Part shown: positions 12,095-27,300 of the stretch, in pieces
Numbering within the stretch: position 1 is the stretch's first letter
Layout of the letters: each line of letters opens with the position of its first letter
NCBI RefSeq assembly: GCF_009914755.1
Contig: NC_060928.1
Length of the DNA: 64,000 nucleotides
Reading direction: 5' to 3' (one strand)
Origin: the human T2T-CHM13v2.0 reference genome, Homo sapiens
The notes under the pieces: generated by a model
The model's database searches: none
Seen by the model: only the letters and a program-made list of their open reading frames with translations
Told to the model about the DNA's origin: nothing
Program-made: the position numbers and the translations under genes

Positions 12095-12852
12095 TGAGAG
12101 ACAGGACTAGCTGGATTTCCTAGGCCGACTAAGAATTCCTAAGCTGAGCTGGGGAAGGTGAGAACACCCACATTTAAACACAGGGCTTGTAACTCAGCTC
12201 ACATCCAACCAATCAGATAGTAGAGAGAACTCACTAAAATACCAATTAGGCTAAAAACAGGAGGTAAAGAAATAGTCAATCATCTATCACCTGAGAGCAC
12301 GGGGCAGGGACAATTATCGGGATATAAACCCAGACATTCATGCCAGCAGTGGCAGCCCCCTTAGGGTCCCCTCCCATTGTATGGGAGCTCCGTTTTCACT
12401 CTAGTAAATCTTACAACTCCACACTCTTCTGGTCCTTGTTTGTTCCAGCTCAAGCTGAGCTTTTGCTCGCTGTCCACCACTGCTGATCGCTGCCTTCGCA
12501 GACTGCCACTGACTTCCACCCCTCCAGATCCAGCAGGGTGTCCACTGCACTTCTGATCCAGCAAGGTGCCCACTGCCGCTCCCGATTGGGCTAAAGGCTC
12601 ACCCTTGTTCCTGCATGGCTAAGTGTCCCGGTTTATCCTAATTGAGCTGAACACTAGTCGCTGGGTTCCACGGTTCTCTTCCATGACCCATGGCTTCTAA
12701 TAGAGCTATAACACTCACCGCATGACCCGAGGTTCCATTCCTTGGAATCTGTGAGGCCAAGAACCCCAGGTCAGAGAACAAAGGCTTGCTGCCATCTTGG
12801 GAGCAGCTGCCACCATCTTGGGAGCTCTGGGAGCAAAGACCTGCCAGTAACA
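12095..12852 (+). mobile_element. 3' LTR17
   Basis: Preceded by PPT GAGAGGGGGCAC; TGAGAGACAGGACTAGCTGG...CCAGTAACA; TATAAA 12323-12328; polyA signal altered to AGTAAA 12403-12408. Confidence 0.97.
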
Positions 12853-13635
12853 TTATCTTGTCAACTTAGCATTGCATGTAACTTATTTTTATTAATCAAA
12901 TAGACTGTTATTTATTACTATTTCAAAACATAGTTGATGTTTCATTACTTAAACGTTCAAACCTTAACTAATGAGCTAACCTTAATTTCCGAGTTTGTTT
13001 TACCCTTTGACCTCTGTTTCCCTTCATAATAAGATAATACTCCCAGTGTTGTTCTTAACACCTTAGTTTTTCTTCCTCCCCAGCCTGTGCACCTCACACT
13101 CCATCCAACTTATTGCCCATATATTTTATGCATCATGTCTTACATGTCCCTTCTCCTGGCCAGTACCAAAATCCCAGCTCTCAATATCTCAGTGTAATCT
13201 CAGCAGTCTTTTTCATCAAGAAGTTATCCTTGAAAATCCTGCAAGATTATCTTCCTATAACACAGCTCTGATCATATCATTCTAGAGCTCCAGTGGCCTA
13301 CAGAATAAAATGTAAACCTATGGAATTTTAGGACTCAGTTGTAATCTCAAAATATAATGTTATAAAGTGATTTTACATACTCTTTGTCTACATATCATTT
13401 ACTAAAACACTTCCCCATTAATGTATGTGTTATGTAATTCTAATTTCCATCATAGATTTTTCATGCTCTTTCCTTTTTTGGAATATCCTAACTTGTGCCC
13501 TGTGTTTGTTAAGAATGGGTTCAAACAGCTGGTACTAGGTATTTGACTACAGTCTTAACAACAATAGAAGTTTCATTTTACTCATTTAACAAGATGTTTT
13601 AAGGGTAATAGCATTGGGCTTGTATTAGTGCTTAA

Positions 13636-13948
<313 letters not shown>

Positions 13949-14199
13949 GAGATCCTGCTCTTTAATTCTCCCACAATTCACTCCGTATTCTTGATTGATG
14001 GTTACTATTCTCAAGTTTGGAAGGTGGTGCCTCCATCAATCATATCTCACTCTAGGAAAAAAAACACAGAGAAATAGACAAATTAGTTGTGTTTGTGTCT
14101 TTTATGAAAAATGTAATAAATTTCCCAGAACTCTTATTCAGGAGAATTCCCAGAAGTCCATTCAGAGTTAGTTCCTATATGCAACGCTTGGTGTAAAGA

Positions 14200-14898
14200 T
14201 ATAACACCTAAGGCCTAGCCACGCCGAAGAATTGGTGCAGGGGCTGACCGCAGGGAGTGACAGAGACTTGGACTGAGAGAGAGTGAGCAGTAGGTTTTAT
14301 TGAGGAGAGCGAGGGTACAAAGCTTCCACAGCATGGAAGGGGTCCCAAATAGGTTGCCATTGCTGGTTTTGGATGACTGCCTTTTAAGCTCTTTAAGGTG
14401 GGAAATACATGAGGCGGGAAGATGTTACCAGAGCGAGAAACAAAGGCAGTAAATTATTTTGTGACATGTTTTACATTTTGAGGAAAATCAGAATTGCAAC
14501 TTAGGTTTTATCTACTTTGTTACCTTGCAGCGGCATGGCAAAGGAGAAAGGATCTTACAGGACTTTACAAAGTATGTTTACAAGGAATTGGAATTGGGAG
14601 TATAGATAAGGTCAACTGTTCACAGAAAAACACGCAGTTAACATTCCTTTAACTTTAGTTACCGGGGAGGGGGAAGGGAGAGAGGACACAGGGAAACTTA
14701 GAGCAAAATTTTTGTTGTTTATAGCTTTCTTGGGGAAGAAACTACATGCACAGATCCTGAAGTTAGGAATATTTTAAGCGTATATCTTCAATATTATTCA
14801 TCCAGGACTGAATTAAGTCCTGATGCAGGAAATTAGTGAGTTTCACAGCTTTCTGAGCCCCTACTCGACCCAAGAAACCTAGCTGGCACCTCCTCTCA
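14200..14898 (-). mobile_element. ERV1 solo LTR (LTR30-like), second copy
   Basis: Reverse complement of 8796-9501, ends CTGGCACCTCCTCTCA; perfect 4-bp TSD AAGA at 14196-14199 and 14899-14902. Confidence 0.88.
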
Positions 14899-14995
14899 AA
14901 GACATTTAGGTGGTACCTACTTTAAATGTCCACTGCTGCCACCACCCACTGACAAAGAAAAAAAAAATGGATCTCTTATTAAGAAAGGAGGAAAG

Positions 14996-15300
<305 letters not shown>

Positions 15301-18300
15301 GGAGGAAAGAATGTCTGTTCAGTAGATGATGATTCATGCAATATTCCCACCCTGCCCCACACAACTATAATTTCATTTCTTATCCATCATTTAAATTCAA
15401 ATAAAGTTTTCTCCAAAGTTAATCATACCCTGATTTTACAATCTATAATCATCATTCCATGTTCGCAAGTCTCATAGAAATTTAAATTTCTTCCATGATA
15501 CTCTCTTCTACTTGAAAATATTAATAGTATGTATGCATTCTATTCTATGCATTCATTTAAGTTTATAAATTAAAAACAATGACACTAATATATGCTTGAT
15601 TCCTCTGCCATTCTGTGAAGCACTTCAACACTCCATTGGCTTACTGAGTTTACAATTTCTGTGAAATATCTTACAGTTTCATCTAGGTTAAGAAGCCAAA
15701 ATATCACTGCACAGAATCTCCCTATAAGTTATTCAAGTGTTTTAACAAGATAAAGCAAAAAGACCAATCTTTCATGATTTTTTCTAGGGTCCAAGATTTC
15801 TGGTATTCTATTTCTTTAGACAGGATTTGTTCACATAGGCTGACGAAGAGCTGTAAACATTTTGACCCATAAAGAGTAACTGCCCCCAAACGCCCGCAAT
15901 GGGCAGTTTTCACAGGATACTTTGATGTCATTGGCAGGTCCAAATTTTCTGTCTGAAGCTCTCCAGGACTCATTATCCCTCAGTAATTTTAACACCTTCC
16001 CAAGGCTTCAGTCATGTATCTGGTTGCTGAGAAGAAAAATAAAATGCTTTTTAAATCTAATTTTTTTTGGTCTGTCTCTACAAAGAGCAGATCATTTAGA
16101 AACTAAACACAGAACATTTTCAGTCTCTTTTTTTTAGTTGTAGCTGCCTTATTCATTCCTATGTGTAGCTTCCTTAGAAAGGGATTTTTCTTTTGGCAAT
16201 GAAAGCATTTGGTGAAGATAGTAGGAAGTATAGCATAGAAATAATATGCATACATATATGTCATCTTTACTGAATTCTCAATACATTTGTTTCTGGAGAC
16301 CAGTGAATAGTACTTAAAATATAGCAGTAACTATTACTAATCAAAAGCCTTAGGACTGGTAACCAAGCAGTAAATCAACCTAATAATCTGCAAAAAAATA
16401 AGTTTAAAATATGAAAGTTTACAATATGAAAAGTCTCATACTGTAGCACAAAGAGGAATTTTTCAATATATCAAATTTTATATTTAGGGATAAAATTTTG
16501 GCTTTTTTTTGTATAACTAATAATTTACTGAAATATGTTATTTTAAACAAAAGAATTGATTCTACCAAGGATGATGCTTATCTCTTTGTCAACAAAAACT
16601 TAAATTATTTAACTTAAAAACAAACATCTAATTAAGAAAAAAAATCAGCCTATTTCTGATTTATCTGAAATACAGAGATATTTATGTGTAAAACAAATGC
16701 ATCTCTAAATTATAAAGAAATTATGTGTTTGTTATTAGAGTAAACATATGTCCTGGTTGACCTATCTCTGATATAGTATTGGTTTATGCCTGTTGTCCCT
16801 GCATAATTCTTAAGAGAACCTTCTTTCATTTTCATAATTGAAAATGCCATCATTGAATAATTTTCTTTCTTCTTAAAGAATATACTGTATGAATTAGTCA
16901 TGCCTTATTTTAATGTAGCCCTTGTGTATTTATGCTTTTGTCTCCACTATATAAACTTAACTTTTAATTCTGTAATGGTTGATGTTGTTAATTTGTTAGC
17001 CTTAGCAATTAACTTTTATACCTATCAATAGTGTAGCTACTTTTATCAGTTATTTTCTAATGCATTAATTTTAACCATCTATGGCCTGAATATGCTCTTT
17101 CTTGAGCTTAAAGGATTGCAGCAAAAAAAGATCTATGTGACAAATCCAATTTAACAATTTTTAACCCATATATCTTTAAACATTTTTAAATATTATGGGT
17201 CTTAGTATAATCAAGTTGAATACATTTAGGTATTGGTTTTAATGTTAATTATCTCTAGTGTCTTTTTGGTCATAAACATTTATTAGATAGCCAAATTTTA
17301 GAGGAGAGTTTAGAAGAAATAATTAACATATTCAGATGTATCTCTCTTTTGTGAAATATATCACAGTATTAGTTGAGCCATCTCTCTCTAGAACCACTTT
17401 ACTCCTTTTTAACATTCTCACCTACCTAGAATGTTAGTGAGCCTGAAAAATGTTCATTCATTCACTAAATTGTTATACCTATCACTATTAGGTGCAATAA
17501 AAATATATATATATGGATATAAATGGATATAAAATGGAGAATCTGTGGTTTCTACTTTTTAAAACTTTCATGGAATAATTGGGAAGAAAAGTATATATTA
17601 TAATGTCACTGACTTTTGTCAAAGCCCTCCTTAATGCTTAACAGATGTGCATACAAGCATGTGCATACAAACAGACCACATGTACATACAGATATACTCC
17701 ACTTCTATGCTATAGTCAAATACTAAGTTTGGACAACAAGAATCTCCATCCACATATGCCTTGTTGATTCACTGGGGTCCCCTAAGAGTTGCTGTGGATA
17801 TTTGACTGAGAACTTTTTAGTAACTCTTAGTACGGGAGGAATAGAAAGCAATGTTGAACTGAAAGCAATACTTTATAATTTCTTTTTGGTATGCAATAAA
17901 TAATTTGTTCTGCTTAGAAGAATATTGCATTTCGAAGTTACTGGCCTGTACTTGGCTAATCAAAGGCATTTGTACCTCCAGAAAATACATTGACTAGAAC
18001 CCCAAAGACTGTGTGTTTGACTCACTGTGTTGAGGATCCACATTAATGATATGTCCAGATGCGGGAGTTCTTGGCCTATGATGATTTGCAAATGTCACCT
18101 CACAAAACATGTGCATCTTTTCAGTAAATTGTCATTGTTCACTGAAAATGCATAGATTACTTCTCTGGTCACTTAGCTGAAACAAGCAATGATTATAATA
18201 CAGTATTAAATGATATAATAAAAATACGTTCAAAATATTATGAGAGTTCAAGACTGAGCATAATCATTTCTTTTATAAATGAACCACAAAAGACATTAGA

Positions 18301-19477
18301 GAGAAGCAGATATTAGAGCCATATGAGTGAGTTGCAACTCTCCAGACAGAGAAAAAGAAATAAACATTTTTAGAGAGATATTCCTAGCACTTGGCATAGC
18401 TCAGGCCACTTGAAAATGAGGTGCCATAAAATTACACAGATACACATGCAAATACTTTCATATATTCTTATTTAATAATAAATATATTTGAAAATCTGTT
18501 CCTCTTATTCCAAGTGAAAATTATATTTTATTTTGAGCTGCAGTGGATTTAAAATCCTCAATCACCAATAGCATACTATATTGCATCTAAACTGGCATTT
18601 TGAATATTAGATTCAATATTTATTTATGCTTCTCTTGGCACTATTTCACATTAAATAGGAGTTTTTGAGAAATGAAATATGGCATATTTGAAAATAAAAG
18701 GTTTTCTATCTTATTTAGTTTTATTTGTATGTATTTCAACATAGCCAATATCCCATTTTAACTTCCTCTTTCTATATACAGCCCTGAGTTTTTCTTTTTA
18801 TTTCTAACATATATTTTGCAGAGAGCAATGAATATTATATTAATTCTGAAAATGTCATTTTATTTTATTAATGTAAAGTAACGTTGATAAATCTTTTAAT
18901 TTTGTTGCCAATACCCGGCACATGATCATTTGCTTTGTTATTCTCTAACGATTATAGAGTGTAATATTACTCAAGATGAAGAAACTGAATTTTTTATATT
19001 TAAATATACACATTTAAGAGGGAAAAAGGTCTTTCTTTCGTAGACAATATTCTCACTTTCCAATATAATCAAGTGAATTGCAATTGTCTTCTCTGATTTC
19101 TGTTTATTTGTTTCCCTTTAGAGCACATATTTTCATTTTTATTTTTCCTACAAGGGAATGAGCCTAAAAATTTCCATATCTTGACTAGTTCATGAAAATA
19201 CATATAAATCTAGTTATTATGTTATTAAATTTCAAAAGCACTCACAAGCAATTTAGAAACAAATGCAACCAGTTATGAAAACTTCAATAAAATAATTTTA
19301 TTTCATTTCCAATAGACATATGCTAAAAGGAGACAAACATAGAAATCAACAGACCAAACTCCTGAAATCTTTTAGAAACATACATCATCATCTGCTTGAT
19401 TAAAAAATACTTTGAATTAGATATTTTAGACTAATTTATATTACTCTTGTATGGCATAATCTCTGGCATAGCACATC

Positions 19478-19798
19478 TTTATTTTATTATTATTATTATT
19501 TTTTGAGATGGAGTCTCACTGTATTGCCCAGGCTGGAGTGCAGTGGCATGGTCTTGGCTCACTGCAACCTCCGCCCAACCTCCACCTCACAAGTTCAAGA
19601 GATTCTCCTGCCTCAGCCTCCCGAGTAGCTGGGCTTACAGGTGCCCACCACCATGCCCAGCTAATTCTTGTATTTTTAGTAGAGATGGATTTTTACCATG
19701 TTGGCCAGGCTGGTCTTGAACTCCTGACCTGAGGTGATCTGCCCACTTAGGCCTCCCAAGGTGCCGGGTTTATAGGCAAGGAGCCACTGCACCCAGCC
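19478..19798 (-). mobile_element. AluS (Sx/Sz-like)
   Basis: Antisense Alu with (TTA)n tail and a small internal duplication CAACCTCCGCCCAACCTCC. Confidence 0.95.
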
Positions 19799-21384
19799 CT
19801 ATTAAATTGTCTTTAATTGTCCTATATATTATAATTCATTTAAGTTTAATTATTCTAAAATATCAATGTGCTTGTTTTTTTTTTCACATCCAGTATCCAC
19901 CTAAATAACTAATTGTTTAATTTTCACTTCTCCTTCATACCCTTCGATACAGATTAGTCTGCATTGTCTCACTATGTGTATGTGTACGTGTGTGTGTGTA
20001 TGTTTGTGTTTAACATGAATATTTGAAGAGTTGAGGCTGTTTTATAGAAAGTCACAATCTGAATCTGAGTGGGTCTTTGCTCATTATTAGATTCCAATTA
20101 AACATTTTTTCTAACAATACTACTGAAGTAATGGATAATATATTATTATTATTATATTATAATAAGTAAATATTATTTACTTTCCATTGCATCACACTAG
20201 AAGACACACTGTCATTTCATCTTATTGGTGAGGCTAAATTTGATCCCTTGATTAAATGAGTATTCACCAGAGCTCTCTCTTGTAAGGGTACCTTATTTTT
20301 ATTTTCTTTTATTATTTATAAGTAATTCAAGGGGTAATAATTTTAAGCATTTACAATAATGATTTTCTAGGTTTACTGTTCTTCTATGTTTAGTAGCTAA
20401 CATTCTTCTATGAAGGGCCTTCCCTTTTCCTACTTTTCAAATGTCAATAGAATACGTGCATTTTAAAAATTTGATATGATTTACATTTCACTTTTTCTGT
20501 TTTCTGGTTGTTGAAATACTTTCAAATTCAAGAGCCAGGCCAAGCAGTTCAAAGGAGCCCTGTGTCCTGTTCACATGTTTTTCTTAGTCTTCTAACTTGT
20601 CCCTGCTTTCTGGCAAAATAAAGTATTCAAGACTTACCTTGTTTTCCCTGTCGCTGACCTAAAATTTTCAACTTATTCAAAAAGTCTTGATTTCTTTTAG
20701 TCAAGACTTATAGATAGCAAATATAGAGGTAATATGAGAGCTTTGCTACTGGAGTAGTGTAGCTTTTAAATCCTTTCAGAGTACAAAGACGACATGTATT
20801 TCTAAAATATGATTAATTCATACCTCTACTTCCAATTCATATAAATAAATCATAGCATTTTCCCTTTTCTTCCCACTCTCATTGCTGTAATTTTATTTTC
20901 TTAGAGTAAGAACACTGCTTCCCCCCAATATTAGTATATTTACTCATCTGCTTCATCCTATAATACACACAAAATAATTTCAAAATCAGTACAGCAATGG
21001 CATGTCCAAAAGAAAAAAAAATTAACATTCAAGATATGTTGCCTTTTTTTTTCATTAGGATAGATTCACATATAGGATATGTCGGCTGGGTTCAAATTTT
21101 ACTTGATTTATATTGTTTTTTTTTTCAGGAAGTGCTTGTGTGTGTGCATGTATGTGTGGTTATATTATCAATTTAATATAAATATATAAATATATATTTT
21201 TTACTGTTGAATACAATTTTAGAGTTGTTTGTGATGATTTTTGTGTAATTTTATTATATTCAAGAAAAAACTACATAAAAGTGTAAATCACATTAAAATT
21301 ATAGATATCTATATCATGCCTGTCCATTCCCTATCATTCTTTATGGCTCAGTATTTCTGTTTGCTTCTGATTTATCTTTCCTAA

Positions 21385-21701
<317 letters not shown>

Positions 21702-21841
21702 TATTTCTTCTACGTTATTAAACAAAAGGTTCTGTGCTGCCTAATCTATATACACTTAACCAATATTTCTCATTCTTTGTTATAGCTGCATGTTTCTCCA
21801 TTATGTAGATGTTCCATGGTTTAATTAACAAGCATTCTATG

Positions 21842-23025
21842 TGTCATGGGATCCTTTACATGCTGCTTTGCCAGCCAGAAACCTCTGTGGCTGGTGGCAC
21901 TTCTGCTTGAGTTTTGCTCACATGGGCTGTACTTGTTCTGAACACTCGGCCTAGTAGGCTGTGCTTGGCTCATGTTACCAGCCTGGATCCCATGCTCTCC
22001 AAGGGCAAACCAGGCACAGAGTGGTGAGAGTGTGTCAGTGAGAGAGCACAGGGTCTGGCCACTGCACATAACCAGGTGCATTGGCTGCTGTGTTGGGGCA
22101 GACAGCTCCAGGCACCATCACAGGTGCTGGCTGCTATTGGACCAAACATACCACAAGGGTCTTCTGCTGTGAGCGCCAGCATCCGGACAAGAGGAACATG
22201 GTGGTGCCCAAAACCTTGAAGATGCCAGCAACTGCAGAACCCCAAGGGGTGGGAGTGGCAGGTGTGTTACCGCTGTCTCCTTCCCACTGCCCACAGCACA
22301 GCAAATATGTTGGGGACTGTTTCAACCCCTTTGTGTTACAGTTCATTCAGTCCCCTAGCCTCACTTGTGAGCTGGCCTGGCCCTACCATTGCTTCCTGTC
22401 ATGTGTGGCAGCTGCCTGACTCTGGCAGAGGGCGTGAGGGCTATAGTGTTATAGCTCTGGCTTGGGGAATCTCAAGGTCTGGGCCCCCAGAAAAGCCATG
22501 GCTCTTCACTTCCATAGTTCAGTGAATGGAAGCATGTCACTGTACACAGCTAGGCAAGCCAGCCAGAAAAGTATTACAGTCCTTTTCATGCTCGTGGTTT
22601 GGCGGGTCTTGAGTTCTTGTCCTGCATCCAGGAAGAATGATGTTACACAGACAACTGGAGGATAAGCAAGATGAAGAAGAGTTTTATTTAGTGGCAGAAC
22701 AGCTATCAGTGGAGAGGAGAAACAAAGTGGATAGGTCCTAGCTGCAGACAGATAGTCCTAACCTTTGACTGAGTCCGGCTGAGTCTGGGGTTTTTATGAG
22801 CTCAGAATGGAGGAAGTACATGCTGATTGGTCTATGGGAGGGCCCAGAAAAAGCACTGCCCAACTGACCAAAATGAATCAAGGAAGTTCCCACTCCAGTG
22901 GTGGACTGCACCCAGAACTGGCAGCCCTTCCCCCAGGCTTCAGGCCATCCTTGACTTGAAAGTTGGGCCTTACTGGTTGCCTGCTCCTTCCCACCTAGGA
23001 ATCTGTCTGCCTCTCACCACCATCA
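21842..23025 (-). mobile_element. MER52-family ERV1 solo LTR
   Basis: GC-rich island TGTCATGGGATCC...CCAGAAACCTCTGTGG...CACCACCATCA with TG...CA ends; TSD TATG/TATA (3 of 4). Confidence 0.8.
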
Positions 23026-23101
23026 TATAGATGAGTATTAAGAGTATTGTGAGTATTGGGGTATTGTGAGTATTAAGATGAGTATTGAGAGTATTATTTA
23101 T

Positions 23102-23386
<285 letters not shown>

Positions 23387-23487
23387 TTATATTACTACTA
23401 GTGTAATTACTGTATTACTAATACAGTATTATATTATTACAGATAACACTTTCATTGGTGACTTTGCACTAAGTTTGTGTGTTTGTA

Positions 23488-23491
<4 letters not shown>

Positions 23492-23520
<29 letters not shown>
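23492..23520. repeat. (TG)n microsatellite
   Basis: Direct reading. Confidence 0.95.
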
Positions 23521-23522
<2 letters not shown>

Positions 23523-23719
23523 TGGCAGAATGTATTACCAGTTAATTTCTAGAAAAGAGATCAGTGTTTCAAAGGTTAAATGCATATATACTTTTTAAAA
23601 ATATGCTAGATCTCATTTTACAGAATATATTTTCTGCACTCCTGATAGTAACATGTGAGTTTACTTCTCACACAGTGGTTTACTTCTGTCCTTTAGAAGA
23701 AGAAAATTAAGATTCATTC

Positions 23720-25730
23720 GTACCCAATTAAAAATGAACAAAGGAGCTGAATAGCTATTTCACCAAAGAAGATAAATACATGGCAAATAAACACATGGGT
23801 ATATATTGAACATTATTAATCTTTATGAAAATTTGAATTAAAAACACAAAAACATTTGACTTCACACATATTAAAATGTTAAAAAGGTTACTATCAAGTG
23901 CCCATGAGAAGGAAGAACAATAGGAATTCTCATAAGATGGAACAACAACTTTGGAAAATAGTTTTACACTTTTCTTACAGAGATAAACATCCATCTACCA
24001 TAGACTCATAGATTCTACACCTATGTAATTAAATAATTACACATATTTAATACCACAGCTATTAGATGAAAAATTAATAGCTTTACAAAGAAGTGTATAG
24101 AAATATCAAGCAACTTTATTCATAACAGCCTAATTGATCATTAATTAATAAAAAATTTAAAAATATGTGATTTACTGGGAGTAAGAGAGAGGTTGTCTAT
24201 AAAAGGATATAATGAAAAGATCACTGGATGTGATGGAACTGCAAGAAATTGTGGTGGTAGCTGCACAATTCAGTGCATTCTTTATGACCCATAGAAGAGT
24301 ACATCACAAAATACCTGGATTTTACTCGATGTACATGTCTAAAAATATCATCAGCTGTGTATAAGGGGAGAGAAGGAATGCAGATTGTTACAAATGAATC
24401 TGTGTTTCAAATAAAAAGGAAGAGAAATGTAAGAGCTGATCTATATGACTTTGTAAAATTGCATTTTAGTTGAATATTGTAAAATGAAAGGCAAAAAGAA
24501 CTATTCATATACCTTGCAACCTAGTTTATTGTCAATTTGTTTTTACAGAGCATGAGTTAGAAATTAAATGCTAATCATATTACAGAGTTGAATAAATAAT
24601 AAATCCCATATTGTAGACAGTGAAAGCCAGATTTCTCACTGTTGAAAAATGAAGGTGAGTTATAAGGAAAAGAGATAACTAGAATAAAAAGTATGATGTT
24701 GGAAGATAGTTGCAGAAATCAATATCAAAATTCTCCAGTATAAAAAAGCCAGACTCCTTGGATAACTTGTTGAGTGATGGACTGAAATAGGGGAATTAAA
24801 AGATGATCTTGGGGTATCTTTAGTGCCAGAAAGTAAGAGAGCACAAAATAAAAATAGAAAATAAATAAAGAGAGTATATCAAAAGGGCATATAATCCACC
24901 TGAACATTCCCCCAGCAGCCAAAGTTAGAATAACTTGAACTAACTAAATAAATACAATATTGGATTATAATCCCCACAAAAATAAGTAACCCTTAGTCCA
25001 CATGTATATACATAAGTGAATACATAGGTTAAAGGAGAAAGTGTCAACTTTTTCTTACAAAAAAACCAATTAATACATATGGAAGAATTAAGGGAAATAA
25101 AATTTCACAACTAAGTTAAAATAATAATTTTCACAAGCAAAATTCTTCTAGGATCCTGAGATTACTGGGAAAAAGTTGAAACAGAAATAGGATATTTACA
25201 AATATCAAAGACTTCTCTTCCCCCAAATATTTGATATTTACAAGTGGCAAAGTGATAATTTTGTCTTGTGTAATACAGGCAGACCCACATTAGCCAGGTG
25301 ATAAAAGTGAACATAACCAGGCAAGTTGATATAATGTGCCACTCAGTATAGTGAACTGAGAAGGGCACATCATCCAAGTGATATCCTTCCTCATAATCAA
25401 TAACTTCATCCAGTCATAGGAAAACATTAGACAAACCCAAATAGAAAGCATTCTATAAAATAACTCAGTGGTACTCTATAAAATTGTCAAAGTTATAAAG
25501 GACAAGAACATATTGGGGAATTGTCACAGATTGGAAGAAAATTAAACTCAGTGGGAACTCCGGGAAGAGAGTGAGAGAGAAAAGCATTAGCGCAAAAACT
25601 TGGAAATTCAAATACCTTTTGAAAACTTGTTAAAAATATCAGACTAAGGTTAATTTCTTAGCTTTAATGCAATGCTGTGGTTATGTAAGATGACTTAAAG
25701 AAAACCATGTTATGTGCAAGTTCTGTGCTT
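23720..25730 (+). mobile_element. L1MC-type ORF2 end and long 3' UTR
   Basis: TTTCACCAAAGAAGATAAATACATGGCAAATAAACACATG and AACATTAGACAAACCCAAAT motifs. Confidence 0.7.
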
Positions 25731-25734
25731 TTGT

Positions 25735-26985
25735 TGTTTTGAGCAGCTTTACTGAGATATAATTCATATGCCATACAATTCACTGATTTAAAGTATTAAT
25801 TCAATGTATTGTAGTATGTCTGCAAGTTCTGAAAATGATGGCACAATCTGATTTGACATAATTTCATGCTCTCTAAACGGAAACTTACATCTATTACTTT
25901 CCCTCCCCTCAATATTCCCTATTCCCATCTTCAAGCCACCACTTATTAACTTTGTATCTCTAAAAATCTACCTGTTCTGGACATTTCATATAAATGAAAT
26001 GGAATCATACAATATGTGGTGTTTTGTGACTAGCTTCTTTCACTTAGTGTAATTTTTTCAAAGTTTATGTATTATTATTTAGCTATTCTAGTGGGTGTGA
26101 AGATCACCCACCATAACTTATATTTAGGTTTTCTTATTGACTAATATTGCTCAGCATTCTTTCAAGTAGTTGTTGATCATTTGTTTACCTCCTTTGGATG
26201 AATGGCTGTTCATAAAATTTGTCCATGTTTGTATTATTTTTATTACTGAATTATGAGTATTTTATATATTCTGAATACAAGTCCCCGTCAGATATAGGAT
26301 TTGCAAATATTCTCTCTCATTCTGTTGGTTGCTTTTTCACTTTTGTGATGGTATTGTTTACAGCACAAAATTTGTTTTTATTATATCAACTAATTCATTT
26401 TACCTATTTCATTTTCTCTTTTGTGCTTCTGGTGTCTTATTTCAGAATTCAGTGTCTAACTCAAGGTCACAAAAAATTATTGTAACTTTTCTCCTAAGAG
26501 TATTATAATTTTAATCTCTTATATTTTGGTCTGTGATCTATTTTGAGTAATTAGTATGTATTGTGTAAGGTAAAAGTCAAACTATTCCTTTGCATGTATC
26601 TATTTGCCTCAGTACCATATGTTAAAAAGATTTTTTCCCCATTGAATTGTCTTGACATGCTTACTGAAAATCAATTAACCATAAATGTAAGGGCTTAATT
26701 CTGAACTCCAAATTATGTCTTATTGATCTGTATATCTATTCTTATGTCAGTACTACATTGTCTTGAATATTTAGTTTTATACTAGGGTTTGAAATGAGGA
26801 GATGCGATTTCTCCAATTTTGTAAGTCTTTTTTAAGATTCTTTGGCTATTCTGAGTCCCCTGCATTTCCACATAAATTTAGTATGCAATTGTCAATTTCT
26901 GCAAAAAGCCATCTGGAATATTGATAGAAATGTCTTGAATCTGTAGATCAATCTGGAGAGTATTGCTATCTTAACAATAGTAAGT
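25735..26985 (-). mobile_element. L1MB-type element
   Basis: CAGCTTTACTGAGATATAATTCA 3' end, CTGGACATTTCATATAAATG, GAATCTGTAGATCAAT. Confidence 0.8.
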
Positions 26986-27089
26986 TAGAGTTATGTTGTC
27001 ATTTAGTGTGAGGTGGAAATAATTTCTACAAAAGTAAGCCATGGAGCTGTATTCTTTTAAACATTTTTTTTTCCTGGATATTCTCTAAA

Positions 27090-27300
27090 CCTACACTGTC
27101 TTACATGGTAGTTACTAACCATGTAACCATATGACTAGCTCTTAGTGTGGCTGGAACAGTGGCAAAATTGAATTTGCAAGTGTATTTATTTTAGTTAATT
27201 TAAACTTAAGCTTTTATACCTATTTTATCCAGTAATTAGAAAACATTTAAATGTGTTTGAAATAACCTGGATATGTGAGTCTACTTTATCAACTGCAACT
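27090..27300. mobile_element. hAT-Charlie (MER33/Charlie1-like) fragment
   Basis: ATGGTAGTTACTAACCATGT and ACCTGGATATGTGAGTCTACTT motifs. Confidence 0.5.

Larger units (their letters stand above)
6109..12852 (+). mobile_element. HERV-W (HERV17) provirus, internally deleted and defective
   Basis: Two ~757-bp LTR17s, PBS, pre-gag leader, gag-pro-pol and env remnants, PPT. 4-bp TSD TTAT at 6105-6108 and 12853-12856 and complete LTRs indicate integrase insertion rather than an L1-processed copy. Confidence 0.97.

Noticed and set aside
21821-23030. GC-rich island with many overlapping ORFs as a gene or CpG-island promoter
   Set aside because: Coincides with a CpG-depleted MER52-type LTR; the ORFs resemble no protein I recognise.
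23030-23101. CRISPR-like array
   Set aside because: Units are only ~9 bp with no unique spacers and the context is a primate genome.
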